A stretch of 57,233 bases of DNA, the filler included, from Bipalium vagum (Eukaryota): the NCBI GenBank assembly GCA_037834085.1. It is 3 parts of 3 records of this genome, joined end to end, with 100 filler letters (N's around TTAATTAATTAA, not from the genome) between each part and the next. Parts side by side here need not be neighbours in the genome. Positions count along the whole stretch, not along the records: positions 1 to 17,881 come from JBBMKC010047511.1; 2 more parts are not named here. One strand, given 5' to 3'. Under the pieces are notes generated by a model. That model made no database searches. It was not told the origin of the DNA and saw only the letters and a list, made by a program, of their open reading frames with translations. Positions 1 through 12,532 of this stretch are shown here, in pieces; position 1 is the first letter of the stretch; each line of letters starts with the position of its first letter. The translations under genes and the position numbers were made by a program.

Positions 1-870
1 TGTAATTTACCATTCTGATCAAAGAATCAAGTGCCTCTTTCATTGGAGTTGGAAGAGTTTTACAAGCTAGAGCATATTGGTGAATCATGTATTGTAAACA
101 TTTAGCTTCAGTAGCATCTCTTGCTCTCTTTTGAAAACCAGAATTGGATCCTAGCATAGCTGGAGCACCATCCGTACAAATTCAACAAACGTCTTCCTAA
201 TCCAATCCATTCATTAAAAAGAAATTAGTAATCTTATTCATAATATCTTCTCCTTGAGCAGTAGATTCTAATTGGCTACAAAATTGCAACTCTTCTTTCA
301 TTTCTTTTAAATGAATATACCTTACGAAGACAAGCAATTGGGCACATGAAGTTATCCGTTGATGCAAATAAAGGTGAATTTTTAATTTCCATCAAAATTT
401 GCTCTTCAACATCTTTGGACATATCAGCTATACGCCTTTGAATAGTATTATTGGATAAAGATATTCTTTGCATCTTTGCTTCCGTACAATCACCTAGAAT
501 CAACTTTACCATCTTTAACATGCAGGGTTTTATCAGAGTTTCTCCAATCGTATGAGGTTTTTTATGCTTGGCAATACTCAATGCGACTTCATATGATGCC
601 TGCAGTATTGATGATTGTTCTTCATTAAGTGTTCCTGTTTGGTCTATTCTTTCTTTTTTACAATAATTCTCATATCTGCGGAAAAAATCGACATCCTTCT
701 TAGAGTGCTCTAGATGTTTCGCTTGTAAATGTCTTAAAAGTTTTGATGGCTTCATAGATTCTGAACTTAGAACCACTTTACATAGAACACACTGAGGTTT
801 TATTATTCCATTATTAGTTATGGAAGTAAATCCATATTTGATATAATCTGATCATACACACGTTTTCCAA
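1..870 (-). mobile_element. Degenerate hAT (Buster/SCAND3/ZBED8/FAM200-like) transposase, running off the window start
   Basis: Minus-strand translation gives YGFTSITNNGIIKPQCVLCKVVLSSESMKPSKLLRHLQAKH (BED-like Zn finger), KPHTIGETLIKP and SLSNNTIQRRI. After frameshifts/stops it gives ICTDGAPAMLGSNSGF and IHQYALACKTLP. The first catalytic motif (LQLDESTD-like) is collapsed to FASTD. Confidence 0.9.
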
Positions 871-3800
871 ATAGATACGTGATTTATTATGAAAATTACA
901 TTTAATCCTTAATAACAATTTTAATCATTATATTTATCTTGAACCTTTATTTCAGATCCAGCGAAATTTAAATTATTTTACTAGAACATCTTTCTAGGTA
1001 TGGGTTGTTTAGTTATAAAAATAAATATTTATTCATATGAATTCAAAAATAGCTTTAACCTTAAGGTTCTTGGATGACAGAGACTGATATAAATAAATTC
1101 TCAATTAGGAATAACTTTTATGACTTATATCAATAGATTTAGAAAATATTAGAAATTTTAAATTTTTATTTAAAAGTATTATTTAACTTACTAGCACTGA
1201 ATTATTATTATTATTTTAAAGAGAATTCCTGAATAAATTTTCTATTTATAAATGGTACATCTAAGAAAGTAATATAAATTATAATTATAAATTATAAATT
1301 AAAAATTAAAAATTGATCATTTAATTTTTCTACTGCAAATTTTTATAAGAAAATGAAATGGTGAAAATTTTTAGACCTATTCTTATTATTTAACAAAACT
1401 TACAAAATTATAATATTTCGATAATTTCTTTAATGTTAAATGGATTTTTTGTAAGAAAAAGTAGTATAAAAAATAAGTCAAAAAGTTATACTGTAAAGAG
1501 TGAAAAGTATGAAAATTAATTATCTTTTCAATTTCATTGCTGATTATAAGTAGTTGAATTGGTAAAATAGTTTCAGAAATAATAATAATTATTAATGAAT
1601 CCATTAATATCAATTTGATAGACTCAATTCACTCAGATATTATACATTTGTTTTTGAAAATGAGAAATATTTCTCTAACAATTATTGATCGAAATCTCGT
1701 AGTTGAAATATTTGGATAATTACTTTCTCTCTCCTTCCATTATAATAAATTGAAATTTTAGATAAAAATATAAATATTTTTCACATAATATTTTATAAAA
1801 ATTTCAATCTTATTTCATATTTCATATTCAATATGGAGTGCAAAATAAACTATTAATATACATTGTATATTAATGGATTAAATTTTTCAATAAATAAATT
1901 AATTTTTTGCATTTTTTCTACCTTTAATTCTATAATTCTAAGCTCCATTTTCATGCCACATAAGACTGGAAGAAAAGAAAAGAAAATTTCAATATCTAAA
2001 ACGAATGACTGCAATGGCTAATGGACATTATCTATTTCTTAATGTAACAGAGGTCACTTTAAAAATATAAATTATTCCTCTGAATTTTTATTCATAACGT
2101 ATACAAAAATAAAGAATTGTTGGGTATTATTATAATCTCGGTTTTATTTGCCTTTCTAAATGACTGTAAAACAAATTTTCATAAAAAAAATCATTAAAAA
2201 TATATTTAATAAAAATATGTGGATAACCAAACTTAAAGAATAAGATATAAGAAACTCTTAAACAAGAATGTTTTTCCAGTTGACTGAATTTCCCGACACA
2301 AATTAAATGTGAAACTGCTGAAATACCATTACAATATGACCTCTTAACAACTGATTCTTTTTAATCCATGACTTTCGTTAGGAATTAGTGATCTTATCAG
2401 AAAATGAACTATTAAAGTAATGTACCTTAGTTTTTTCTGTAATTTAATACATTTCGATTTATGATAAAATTTAAAGAATAGTGAAACCTTCACACACTTA
2501 TTATTATTATTTACTGAAATGCTGAATCTTAGTTTAAATAGTAAATTTTTAAATAAAAAATAAACAAGTAAAAAGAAATTGTAACTAAAACCTAACAACG
2601 TTACATACAAATACAATGTTTAAACTGTCATTATAAGACTAAAAATAAATAATGAAGCATATAAGATTCAATTAAGCCGAACAAATAAAATCAAAAGGAA
2701 TATATTCAACTGAGAAAATGTATTACTTTTTATTTAATAAAACATGAACCGTTGTAATCAAAAATAAAAAAACATCAATATAATGTTTTTACCAACTATA
2801 ACTTTCGTAAAGAGAAATTCACAAACCAAATGAAGAAACAGAAAAAATAGAAAGAAAAATCTAATGCAATTTAATTGCAGAAAGGCAGAAAAATTAAATA
2901 TAGAAAATGAAAAAACTTTCAAAATGTTACCAAAAAAATAGAATTAAGAAAAAAATATTGATCCTGTAATTTTTAATTTAAGGCAGCAACAATTAAAAAT
3001 TCTCTTCATTTTCTAACAGTCAGAATAAATGAAAGTTGCTTCATTAAAAAAGCGAAAATATATGTGGAATGAAATATAAAATTAAAAAAAATTAATATTG
3101 TGAAACTTATTCCATCCTGATCAGAACTGTGAGATAAGAGTGCACATTTTTGATCTAAATGGATTTCAGAAAACTTTCGGAAGACAAAAATCACTATTAG
3201 AGAATCCTAAAGGAAAATAATTTTATTGAATTTATTTAATTACCACTGCAATTTAACAAGAGCAATTTACATCCTCGACAACAGACAATGGATCAACCTA
3301 ATATCGAGTGTATTTGAGTTTATATTTGAATTGTTATAGTATAAAAAATAATTGTTTTTTAATTATTAATTAATTTCAAATTATTCTACAATAATTTTTA
3401 AAAATAATTTCGAAGAGAAAAACCAATAATTTTTTGATAAATATATTTTTATATAATCACACTTGATAATTAATATAATCTGGAGTTTCAGATACTTTTC
3501 CATACGATGGCTTTGACGAAAATAAAATCTATTAAATATAAGAAGGATTAATAAACTGAAATTCTTAACTCTCCTCTAATGTCGATTCCGAACTAACTGA
3601 CAAAAATTAATTATTGTAAATCTGACTTGTCTATAAGAATAAATGCAAACAGAATAGACTCAATCTCAAATAACTATTTCTACCCAGGTGATTAGGATAT
3701 ATCCTAGAAATTGTATTGCAATTAGTTAAAACAAAAGTTGACTAAAAATTATATTGATATTTTATTTCTCGACATCATATTAAAAAAATTATGTATTCAT

Positions 3801-4016
3801 TCATATATCAATTTTTTCAGAAAATTACAACAAAAATTACTCATTTGTTGAAATTTATTTTTCTGAGCTCTTAATAGGCAAGTAAAAATAACAGAATAAC
3901 CATGATACACGAAATAGCAACAAATATAATCAGTAAATAGACTGAAATAAACAGCTCCATCGTCATCCCAAGCAGTAAGCCATTAATCGAATTGGTTACT
4001 GTCAACGAAACATCAT

Positions 4017-4212
4017 TTTGTGTGCGTATGTGTATGTGTGCATGTTTGTATGCATGCGTTTGTAGATTTGTGCGTATTATCGGCAGTACACTGTGGTTTC
4101 AAACGTTGCAATGAGAACATTAGATACAGTTGACAAATGAGACATGCAAACTGTACCTAATACGAACACCATTTCCACCTCCACCACAACCCACATACAC
4201 ATATATACATAT
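4017..4212. repeat. TG-rich tract and complementary CA/TA-rich tract in a GC-richer non-coding island
   Basis: tgtgcgtatgtgtatgtgtgcatg at ~4020-4045 and cacatacacatatatacata at ~4192-4211 are partly reverse-complementary. Confidence 0.5.
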
Positions 4213-7200
4213 AGATGGAAAGATGAATTGTTGCAAACTAATTTAGCCTCTGAATTTTTACGCCAACGTACCTATTCCCCCCTGTCGATGGAATTGTACA
4301 GCAATATTCATTTACCTCTTGCCCCATAGTCCCACAAGACACACAAGCACAACCAACCAGGCCATGACTCATAGATTTCTGCCCTTTATTGTGATATACT
4401 GGGCAAAATGAAAATAGTCCATTTTAGCCACAACACAATATTGGCTAACTGATATTCTTCAACGACAAGTCTTCGTTGAAATTGAATGTTAATAGAAATA
4501 ATTCAGAAATAAAATAGCAGTATTTATATATTTAATATTTATACCAGTAATCATGTGCTATTGATAAAGAGTATAATAAGAGAGATAACTTTGTGTTAAA
4601 TGATAATATTTTTCTACAAGTGATTTACAGAATTGAAAAAAGGTAATAGAGAATTTTGCACTAGCAGTCTGTAAATGGAGGAGGCATGGAAAATCTAATG
4701 GAATTAGATTCACGTTTCATTATTGTGATGGAAAGCTTGAAATGATTTTTATTTCAAATTAAATTATATTCATCAGAGGGAAAATTCGTTTCACAAAATC
4801 ATTAATTGTGATGAAAACAATGTCACAGATTTTAATATCAGTCATAAAAATGTCGACAACATAAAATACAAAATATTTCCTGATGGTAGTTGCAGAAAAA
4901 ACAACAGAACGTAAGAAAAAGCCGAAGCTTTGATTACTTATTTCAGAATCATATTAATTAATAATAAAGGTTCACAATTTTATCAAGATGATTTGTTTAC
5001 AAATTGTCAAGTAATATAATTAATTTGTATTTCTAAGGTTGTTGGTTTATAAAAGGTGATCCAACTGATAAATTGATGAAAACCTGTCATTCTAACACAA
5101 CTATAACATTTCAAAAAGAAAAATGATTTTAATATGATCAATGAATATTAAAGAATTCATTCAATAAATATCATTTATTTTTAAATGTTTTCCCCAAGTT
5201 CCTGTGGACCCGGACAATCACTTAACCATCCCAGAATATAATCGTAAAAATTCTCTCTAAGTCGAAATTCAAATTAGAAATTATTGAATATTATGTTGTA
5301 CAGAAAAATTAAAAGTACTTTAAACATGTTGAACGTTTATAAAACATGAATTATATTAGATCTTATAGTAAAATTCTTAATTTTTTTGGTATCACTTCAA
5401 AAATTTTTAAAAAACAACAAGAAATCAGTTTATTTGTCAAGTTTAAATCTAAAAGAGTTTAGACATCCTACAAATAATAACCATTTTACTAGATAATTTT
5501 GGATAAAAATCAATGAAATATATATCAAATTCTAAATAATTAACCATTTAAATAATTTGAAACTCTTTACTTCCTGTAAATTAATCGTATTAAATTTCAA
5601 AGTATTTAGAAATTGTAATATAATTATTATATTTTTTATATAAAATACATCAGTGGACACATGTTTATGTAATATTATATTTCTCCAGATTAATATAACT
5701 GAATCAAAATACATGTGATAGTGACAGTAAATTTTAACATTTCGAAAAAAATAATGGTCTGTTATTGAAGCAGAAAATAATATTTTGATCTCAAAATAAT
5801 AGAACGGAAAGTAAATAGGTGGTGTCACATTTTATAAAATGAATGTAATTATTCAGTTCAATATTTATAACTTTACTTTTAAAGATCAGTAGTTTACATA
5901 AAAGTTCATGACAAAATAAGAAAGTGAAATTTACACAAATATTTACTTTGGTTTTAAAGCCAGTAACTTCAGAATTTTTCAAATAATAAATTAAAGAGTA
6001 AAAAATCGAAAAGATTGACAATCTCTTAAAAACTCACAGTTCAACAGAAATAAAATATCATGAACAATTTAAAATAATGTAATAATATGAGTTAACTTTC
6101 AAAAATCTCTCAAAAATGCCTAAATATTTTAGATTGTTAGTAAAACTAAAGTTTTATGAACAATATTCTTACAGAAACAAGTTGAAGATATTTTTTAAAA
6201 TTACAAAGTATAAGACTAATATTATTTAATTTATTATCAAAAAATGAGGCCTTAAAATAATTTATTAATAATAATATTAAAAACAGTATTTGAAAAAAAA
6301 TCAAGATTAAAATCAAGGTAAAATTATTTTTTCGATATTTTATATTTACAGAGATTTTGTGGAAAATTATGAAAGAAAATAGACAAAAACTGTTTTGAAT
6401 TAATAAATTACTGATGTTTTAATAATTATTGAGATTGGAAGTTTCAAGCAAAAAATATGTTCAACCAGCATCACATTTTCAATTACTTAAATGTATAAAT
6501 TCCTTTTAAAGCTATTCAAGAAATATGTTTGATGATCATTGCAAAAGAGATTGTAAATCAAGGTTAAATGGTTTTAGTATGTTCTGACAAAATAAAATAT
6601 AAAAATGAATTTTTAAATCTGGATTTTGTAATTGAAAATATATGCAAACCTAATTTAAAAACAACGAAATAAAAATTGTGAAAATCAAATCGGTCCCACA
6701 GAAATCCTGAAAAAGAAAAAAACATTTTTATTGATAAATTTTAATCTTATTTCAAATCATACAGTTAATAAAACCCTCAACATCATTGAATACTCAAATG
6801 TTCAATATTAATAATGATAGTGAAAAAATTATAAGCAAATCATACATATTACTACTTTTCAATTAAAGAAGCATTCGGATTATAAAGAAAATAACTTATA
6901 AATTATATAAATGAAGTCATCAACGCTTATAAAATTAGAACATTTATATGATATTATAATTACATTTCGAAAACAATTGTTCAATTAACACTATCATTAT
7001 TCTTACTGGAAGAAAATTATAATACTTGAAGCAAAAATATAATCTATTGTTGAAAAATATTTAATTTTAAATATTTAATTATATTTCTTTATTTATTGTT
7101 TAATATGGAAATGATAAATCTAAGAGCAATTAATGATCATATTTTATAATTAGACAATTTAACATTATATCAGAAATAATAATTACTGTAGTTACTTAAA

Positions 7201-9355
7201 AATAAATTCATATTATACGTTGAATATCAAACAATTAAAAATATATAAATCGATTTCTTCAGTAAATAGCATTTTCCTTAAAATCTTGTGTATGAAGATT
7301 ATAATATAAATATTGAGATAAAATTATATAAAAATATTATGTGAATTTATATTTTATCAAATCATACAATAATGAATCGTAATAGCTGCTTAAATTAATT
7401 CAAAGAAAAGTAAAGATAAACAACAAACTAAACTTGTTTGCTATTTATTACTAACATTTATTCCTTACATTTTCAATAGTTCTGGAAGCTAGATTAAATA
7501 AAAACTAATTAATTTAAAGTTACAACGGATAAAGAAACAAAAGAAAAGAAATTAAGTGAAATATAAATATTTTCTATCTATATACGAAATTTTCAATAGT
7601 TTATAATATATTTGAGTTCGGCATATTTAAAGAACATTAAAATTCAAGTATAATTTATTCTTAAAATATTTTAACAATAACCTTTATTAATAATTATAGT
7701 AGTAGCTAAGAAAATTATGATTCTTCTATGTTTATTTTAATACTCAATATTCTCCGATTTTCATTGAAAGTTAATACATGTATATCTTCTTTGAGCTTTT
7801 TTATACGAAATATTTTTTCAATTGTGTAGTTTTTAAATTAAATTTAAAATCTTAAGCTATTTATGAAATTCTCATTTATTGATGGTGTACCAATTGACTT
7901 CAGCCTATCTATGAAACTTCTATATTAAAAGTAAACTTTGTAAACCAACATTTCTCGGTAAGTGTGAGTTGTTAAAGATTTTTTTAAAAACCCAGGAACC
8001 ATTTAAATTTAGCTTCCAATGAGATTTCATTAACAGTTAAATTTTTTCATAGGAAATCGTCATACTAAAATAATATTCACAAATTACAAATATTAAGCAG
8101 AAAGAATCAAATAGAAATTATATAAATAAAAATAATTGACAACAAAGTCAAACTTTTTCTCTAGATTAATATTCAAAAAAATATAAATTTTCATGGTATT
8201 CATCATTACCTTTTACGACTAGAAATAAAATTATATAAATTTCAGAAAAATACAACTCCAAATGTATTTTTAACATAAAGTTATCAAGTTATTTTTGAAT
8301 GTCAATCAATCATGCATTTCAAGACCCACGTTGAATAGAAAAACAAATATTTTATAACAGAAATTCATATTTTACCAAGGATTGTGATTAAGAAAAGATA
8401 TCAGTTCAGTTATAGTGATTACTAAAATTAATTAAACTTAAAAGCTTTTTCTCGACAAAAAATAGTACTAATGCAACTTTTAAAACCACCACAAAACCAT
8501 AACTAAAATCAAACAAATCATAGATGTCCACTAGTCATTGAGAACAGCTTCACGGAGAACAGCTCATATTGGTTTATAGTTCAGGTATCTGTTGCCACGT
8601 TTTCAAACATTACAGTGTATTACCTATAATATTAATTGCCAAACGTTGTATTAAGTAAAATTCCTAAATATCTCATTTACTGAGAATGACTAAATAATCA
8701 TTCAAAAATACCTGAGCTCCTTAAATGATTTAAATATTGCTTTCAGATCATCATATAAGGTTCAGAAATAATGATTTTTAAAAAATGACAATAATAATAA
8801 ATGACTCCCTTAATATATAAGTTCAATAACTCGCCGAGGCCATTACAATCACATATATGAATCATTTTTGATATTTTGGAGAACACCAGCAAGCTTAAAT
8901 TGAAATTAGTTGAATTTTAGTTGTAAGTTTTCTGAGCCCATCTCAAAATTAACAGTCATGATTGATCGATATTGAATATTTAACACACTTCTACTTGATC
9001 AATATACAGGAAATCATAAAATTTATTTATCATAAATATTTAGATATTAAAAAGACTACATAATTTAATTTTTAAAATGTATGTTGGCAATATTGAACAA
9101 AGATTTAAATCTATCATGTTATGTAATATATATGTATGTTATATGTATATAAGTACATTTATTTTTACACAGTATTACAATAAAAACTAAGTTCTAAAGA
9201 CTCAAAACAATCGTCTTCGTCTGTATTGAATGGACTGTTGTTGTTGATCAAATTGAAACTTTTACTACAAAATATTAATTATTTGCAAATCATTTTTAAA
9301 AAAGAGATATTAGTTATATGAAGGATTTTAAACAAAAACTTTACATATCAATAAA

Positions 9356-9943
9356 CTAATAAATACCCGAATTTTTCAATAATATTCTTCTGTGCTTGGC
9401 TACAATCGGTTGTAATATCGAATAGGTTTCGTTGGTGTAGTTACCGTCTTTGTGATTGTCATAAAAGTTCGAACTTATTTTTTTACTGGATTTAAATAAA
9501 TCTTGATTTAAGCTCAAATCAAATTTTTCGGCCAAGAAATGCTGCATCTCCATTCCAAGTGCAGAACCTCCAATGCTTGGAACAGAACAAAAACTTTGCT
9601 GTCGATTGAAATAAAAAATCTCTACATCTTGAAATTTAATTCTATTTTTATTGACAGGATTTGATTTTGGCTTGTTTATTGATTTTAATATGCCTTTCTG
9701 AACTATTTCTGATGAGTTAATTTCACAATTGCTTTCACATATGGAACCACTTAAAATAGATGAGGAATCTTGGTCAAAAGCTGAACTAATTGAAACTTGT
9801 TCACAAGAATTCATTGGGGAATCCAACAATTCTTCACAGTTCTGATTGGAATTGTTTATGTACAATGTTTTGACATTAATTTCGGTTATGTCATCGTCCA
9901 ATCTGAGTCTCTTAGGATTACTACAGAAATTGTCGATGGACAT
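9356..9943 (-). CDS. CSRNP: Cysteine/serine-rich nuclear protein (CSRNP/Axud1) family, N-terminal part
   Basis: Contains IKFQDVEIFYFNRQQSFCSVPSIGGSALGMEMQH and LQPIVAKHRRILLKNSGI, matching CSRNP_N motifs (VxFxxVxxYYFxRxQGFTSVPSxGGxxLGM; LQPLPxKxRRALLRxSGV), plus GILK and NLS-like PKRLRL. Likely ATG at 9943, just after a ttttttattcag acceptor (~9954). The ORF-track start at 9991 is probably intronic. Confidence 0.85.
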   Translation of the reverse strand: MSIDNFCSNPKRLRLDDDITEINVKTLYINNSNQNCEELLDSPMNSCEQVSISSAFDQDSSSILSGSICESNCEINSSEIVQKGILKSINKPKSNPVNKNRIKFQDVEIFYFNRQQSFCSVPSIGGSALGMEMQHFLAEKFDLSLNQDLFKSSKKISSNFYDNHKDGNYTNETYSILQPIVAKHRRILLKNSGIY

Positions 9944-10794
9944 TAAAGATAAGCTGAATAAAAAACCAAAATGAAATCTTAAAATAATCACCAGGGATTT
10001 ACATTATTACTATAAGATCTATTTAATTGTTATATAATATTAAATAGTATAATCAAATGTCCACAAGATTATTTTATTTATTTATTATCAATATTAATAT
10101 TGATATCTATATTATTGTTTTTATTAATTCCAGACACACTCTTATTGTTAGAAAAAATTTTAATACATAAGAAAAATATATGTTAAGTCAAGTTATCATT
10201 GAAAATTGTACCGTTTGAGATCTTAATTTCTTTCAGATTTTTAGTAAAACATATTTCAATAATAAAAATAATTAATAGTATGGAGATTAGAATGATTTAC
10301 GAATTTAATTTAATTTATTCAGTGAATAAATATTACCTATTTTAATTTATCAACATGGCTTTTTAATTATTAGAAAATATTTAACTTCTAAATATTTTAT
10401 TAAAATACTATTTTAAAAATTTTTATAGAATATCAATGTACAGGCTTCAAATGAATTCTAGTGGTAAATGACCATTCTAACTTCCATGCTATATATTATT
10501 ATGAAAATTAAGAACCTTCTCAGACAATTTTTGAAATAAAAAATTATTATTTAATTTCTTAAATTATACATAAAAACGAGTAGAATTTTGGAAAAATTAG
10601 AAAATTTATAATCGTCAATTGAATTATAGGATAATAAATAAATTTATAAAAAAGTATATCTAAATATCTATAATTAAAGTATATTTAATTAATTATCTGT
10701 TATTACTTTTTAAAATCTAATTGAAACTTTTAAATAACATAACAGCTTATAATAATAATAATAATTTATTCAAAATATTTATTAACAAAATATA

Positions 10795-11389
10795 TTAGGT
10801 AAGTCAGAAAGTAACGTCGTTTTTATCACAAAATTTTATTTTACAAATTTTTACATTTAAATTTATCATAAATCAATCACATAATCGCCATTATTTTTTA
10901 CTATAGCCTGCCACTTGTCAACCAAGCATTTCATCCATTTTTCAAAGAACGAGGAAGATTTAGAATCAGTAAATGATTGAATCTCCTTTTTGATCTGATC
11001 TTCATTTTGAAATTTTTTCCACACAAGTGCTGCAAAGATCTGAAGAGGTGAAAATCTGTTGGAGAAATGTCTGGGATATGTGGTGAGTGAGCCATAACTT
11101 CTCATCCTAAGTCTTTAATTTTTTTAGATTTGATCTTCAAGGTGTGTGGCCTAGCACTGTCCTGATGAAAAATGACACCTTTTCTGTTGACTAAAGCTGG
11201 ACGAATTTTAATCAAGTTCTCATTTAATTTTCCAATTGATCACAATATAGATTACCCCAAGACAAAATAATTATGATTTCTTACTTCAAATATTTCTAAA
11301 TCAATATTATTAAAACAACAATAAAATTGTCAATATTTAGCATAAATTTTAAAAATTAGAAAAACGAGGTTACTTTCTGACTCACCTAA
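10795..11389 (-). mobile_element. Internally deleted mariner element with both TIRs and TA TSD
   Basis: TIR ttaggtaagtcagaaagtaacgtcgtttt at 10795 and aaaacgaggttactttctgactcacctaa ending 11389, with TA on both sides. Retains only the transposase C-terminus (LVNRKGVIFHQDSARPH...LVDKWQAIVKNNGDYVID). Confidence 0.9.
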
Positions 11390-11625
11390 TACATTAAAAT
11401 AAAAATATAATTTAATAATAATTTAAAGAATTTGTCTACTACTTATTAGTAATAGTTGTTTTATTTCAGGTAAAATAGTACATCTAAACATAATAACATA
11501 TAAAAGATTTTCTAAAATATTTTTTGTAAGACAATCATTTTAAAAATTTTAAACAAAAATGGTTAATTTGTCAATATAAAATATTGTTATACATTTTAGG
11601 CTTAGAAAATAGATGTACCGGTAAT

Positions 11626-12532
11626 AAATATTCAATATTATTTAAAATATATTCAAGATAGAAAGTATTATTAAAATTAGTTCCTACATATAACAGGAAA
11701 ATATTTTTTAAGCTGGGAGGTCAAATATGTAAAATTTGCCAATTTAAATATCTATATGAAAAAAATATTTGAAAAATACTAGTCTAAACCAAAAAGTGTT
11801 ATATATTTTAATAATTTAATATAGATTAATTAGAATTGAAATAGTCAGTTTTACTTTAAAACCCTTCCATCTTATTCTTCAAAAACAATACTTTATTATA
11901 CTTTTAGAACTTTTCTAACTTCCATAAGAAAATATACGGACGTAGCTGCGGGCAGAAAAATAAAATGATAATAGTGAAAACAAATATTCTGAAATACAGA
12001 AAATTAAAAACTTTTTTTCAATAAAGAAAAATTCATTATTCACAAAAATAAAAAAGATAAATTTTAATTCTTAAATTATTTATTACGTTACCATTATTTA
12101 AATTGTCTACATTTACAATTATTATAGTAATATTATATTTAATAAAATTCAAAATTTTCAAAATATATTATACTATTTATCCAATTTAAAATAATTTTTG
12201 TTTTATATGAAATAAAATGAAAAATTTTCAAATTTACAGACTGAAAATATTATTTTTAATTTTCTATTATTAATCAATATGACTATCTTTTATATTTTGA
12301 TGAAGAAATTCCTTGATGTTTCAAAATACTTAATCTAATATATCTATTAGTTCTTGTACACATATATGTTATAAGCGTTTCCAGAAATGGGTTAAAATAA
12401 AATTTTATTTCACAAAACTAGTAATATAATTTTTTAATATCTATGACTTCAATCACTAATAAATAAGTTGCAAATTAAACATAAAATATGTAAAATATTC
12501 AATATTATTTAAAATATATTCAAGATAGAAAG
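11626..12532 (+). repeat. Exact 40-bp direct repeat pair (11626-11665, 12493-12532)
   Basis: aaatattcaatattatttaaaatatattcaagatagaaag occurs twice. Confidence 0.8.

Noticed and set aside
3006-3320. Possible downstream CSRNP exons (splice-like sites here and at 8600-8900)
   Set aside because: The frames hit stops or lack the CSRNP CGC motifs.
1386-6021. Short Ile/Phe/Leu/Lys-rich ORFs here and across the window
   Set aside because: They are expected by chance in AT-rich DNA, often have non-ATG starts, and carry no motifs.
9709-11170. CTGATGA hits as hammerhead ribozyme cores
   Set aside because: The hits lie antisense within the CSRNP CDS and the mariner CDS, and lack the flanking stems and GAAA arrangement.
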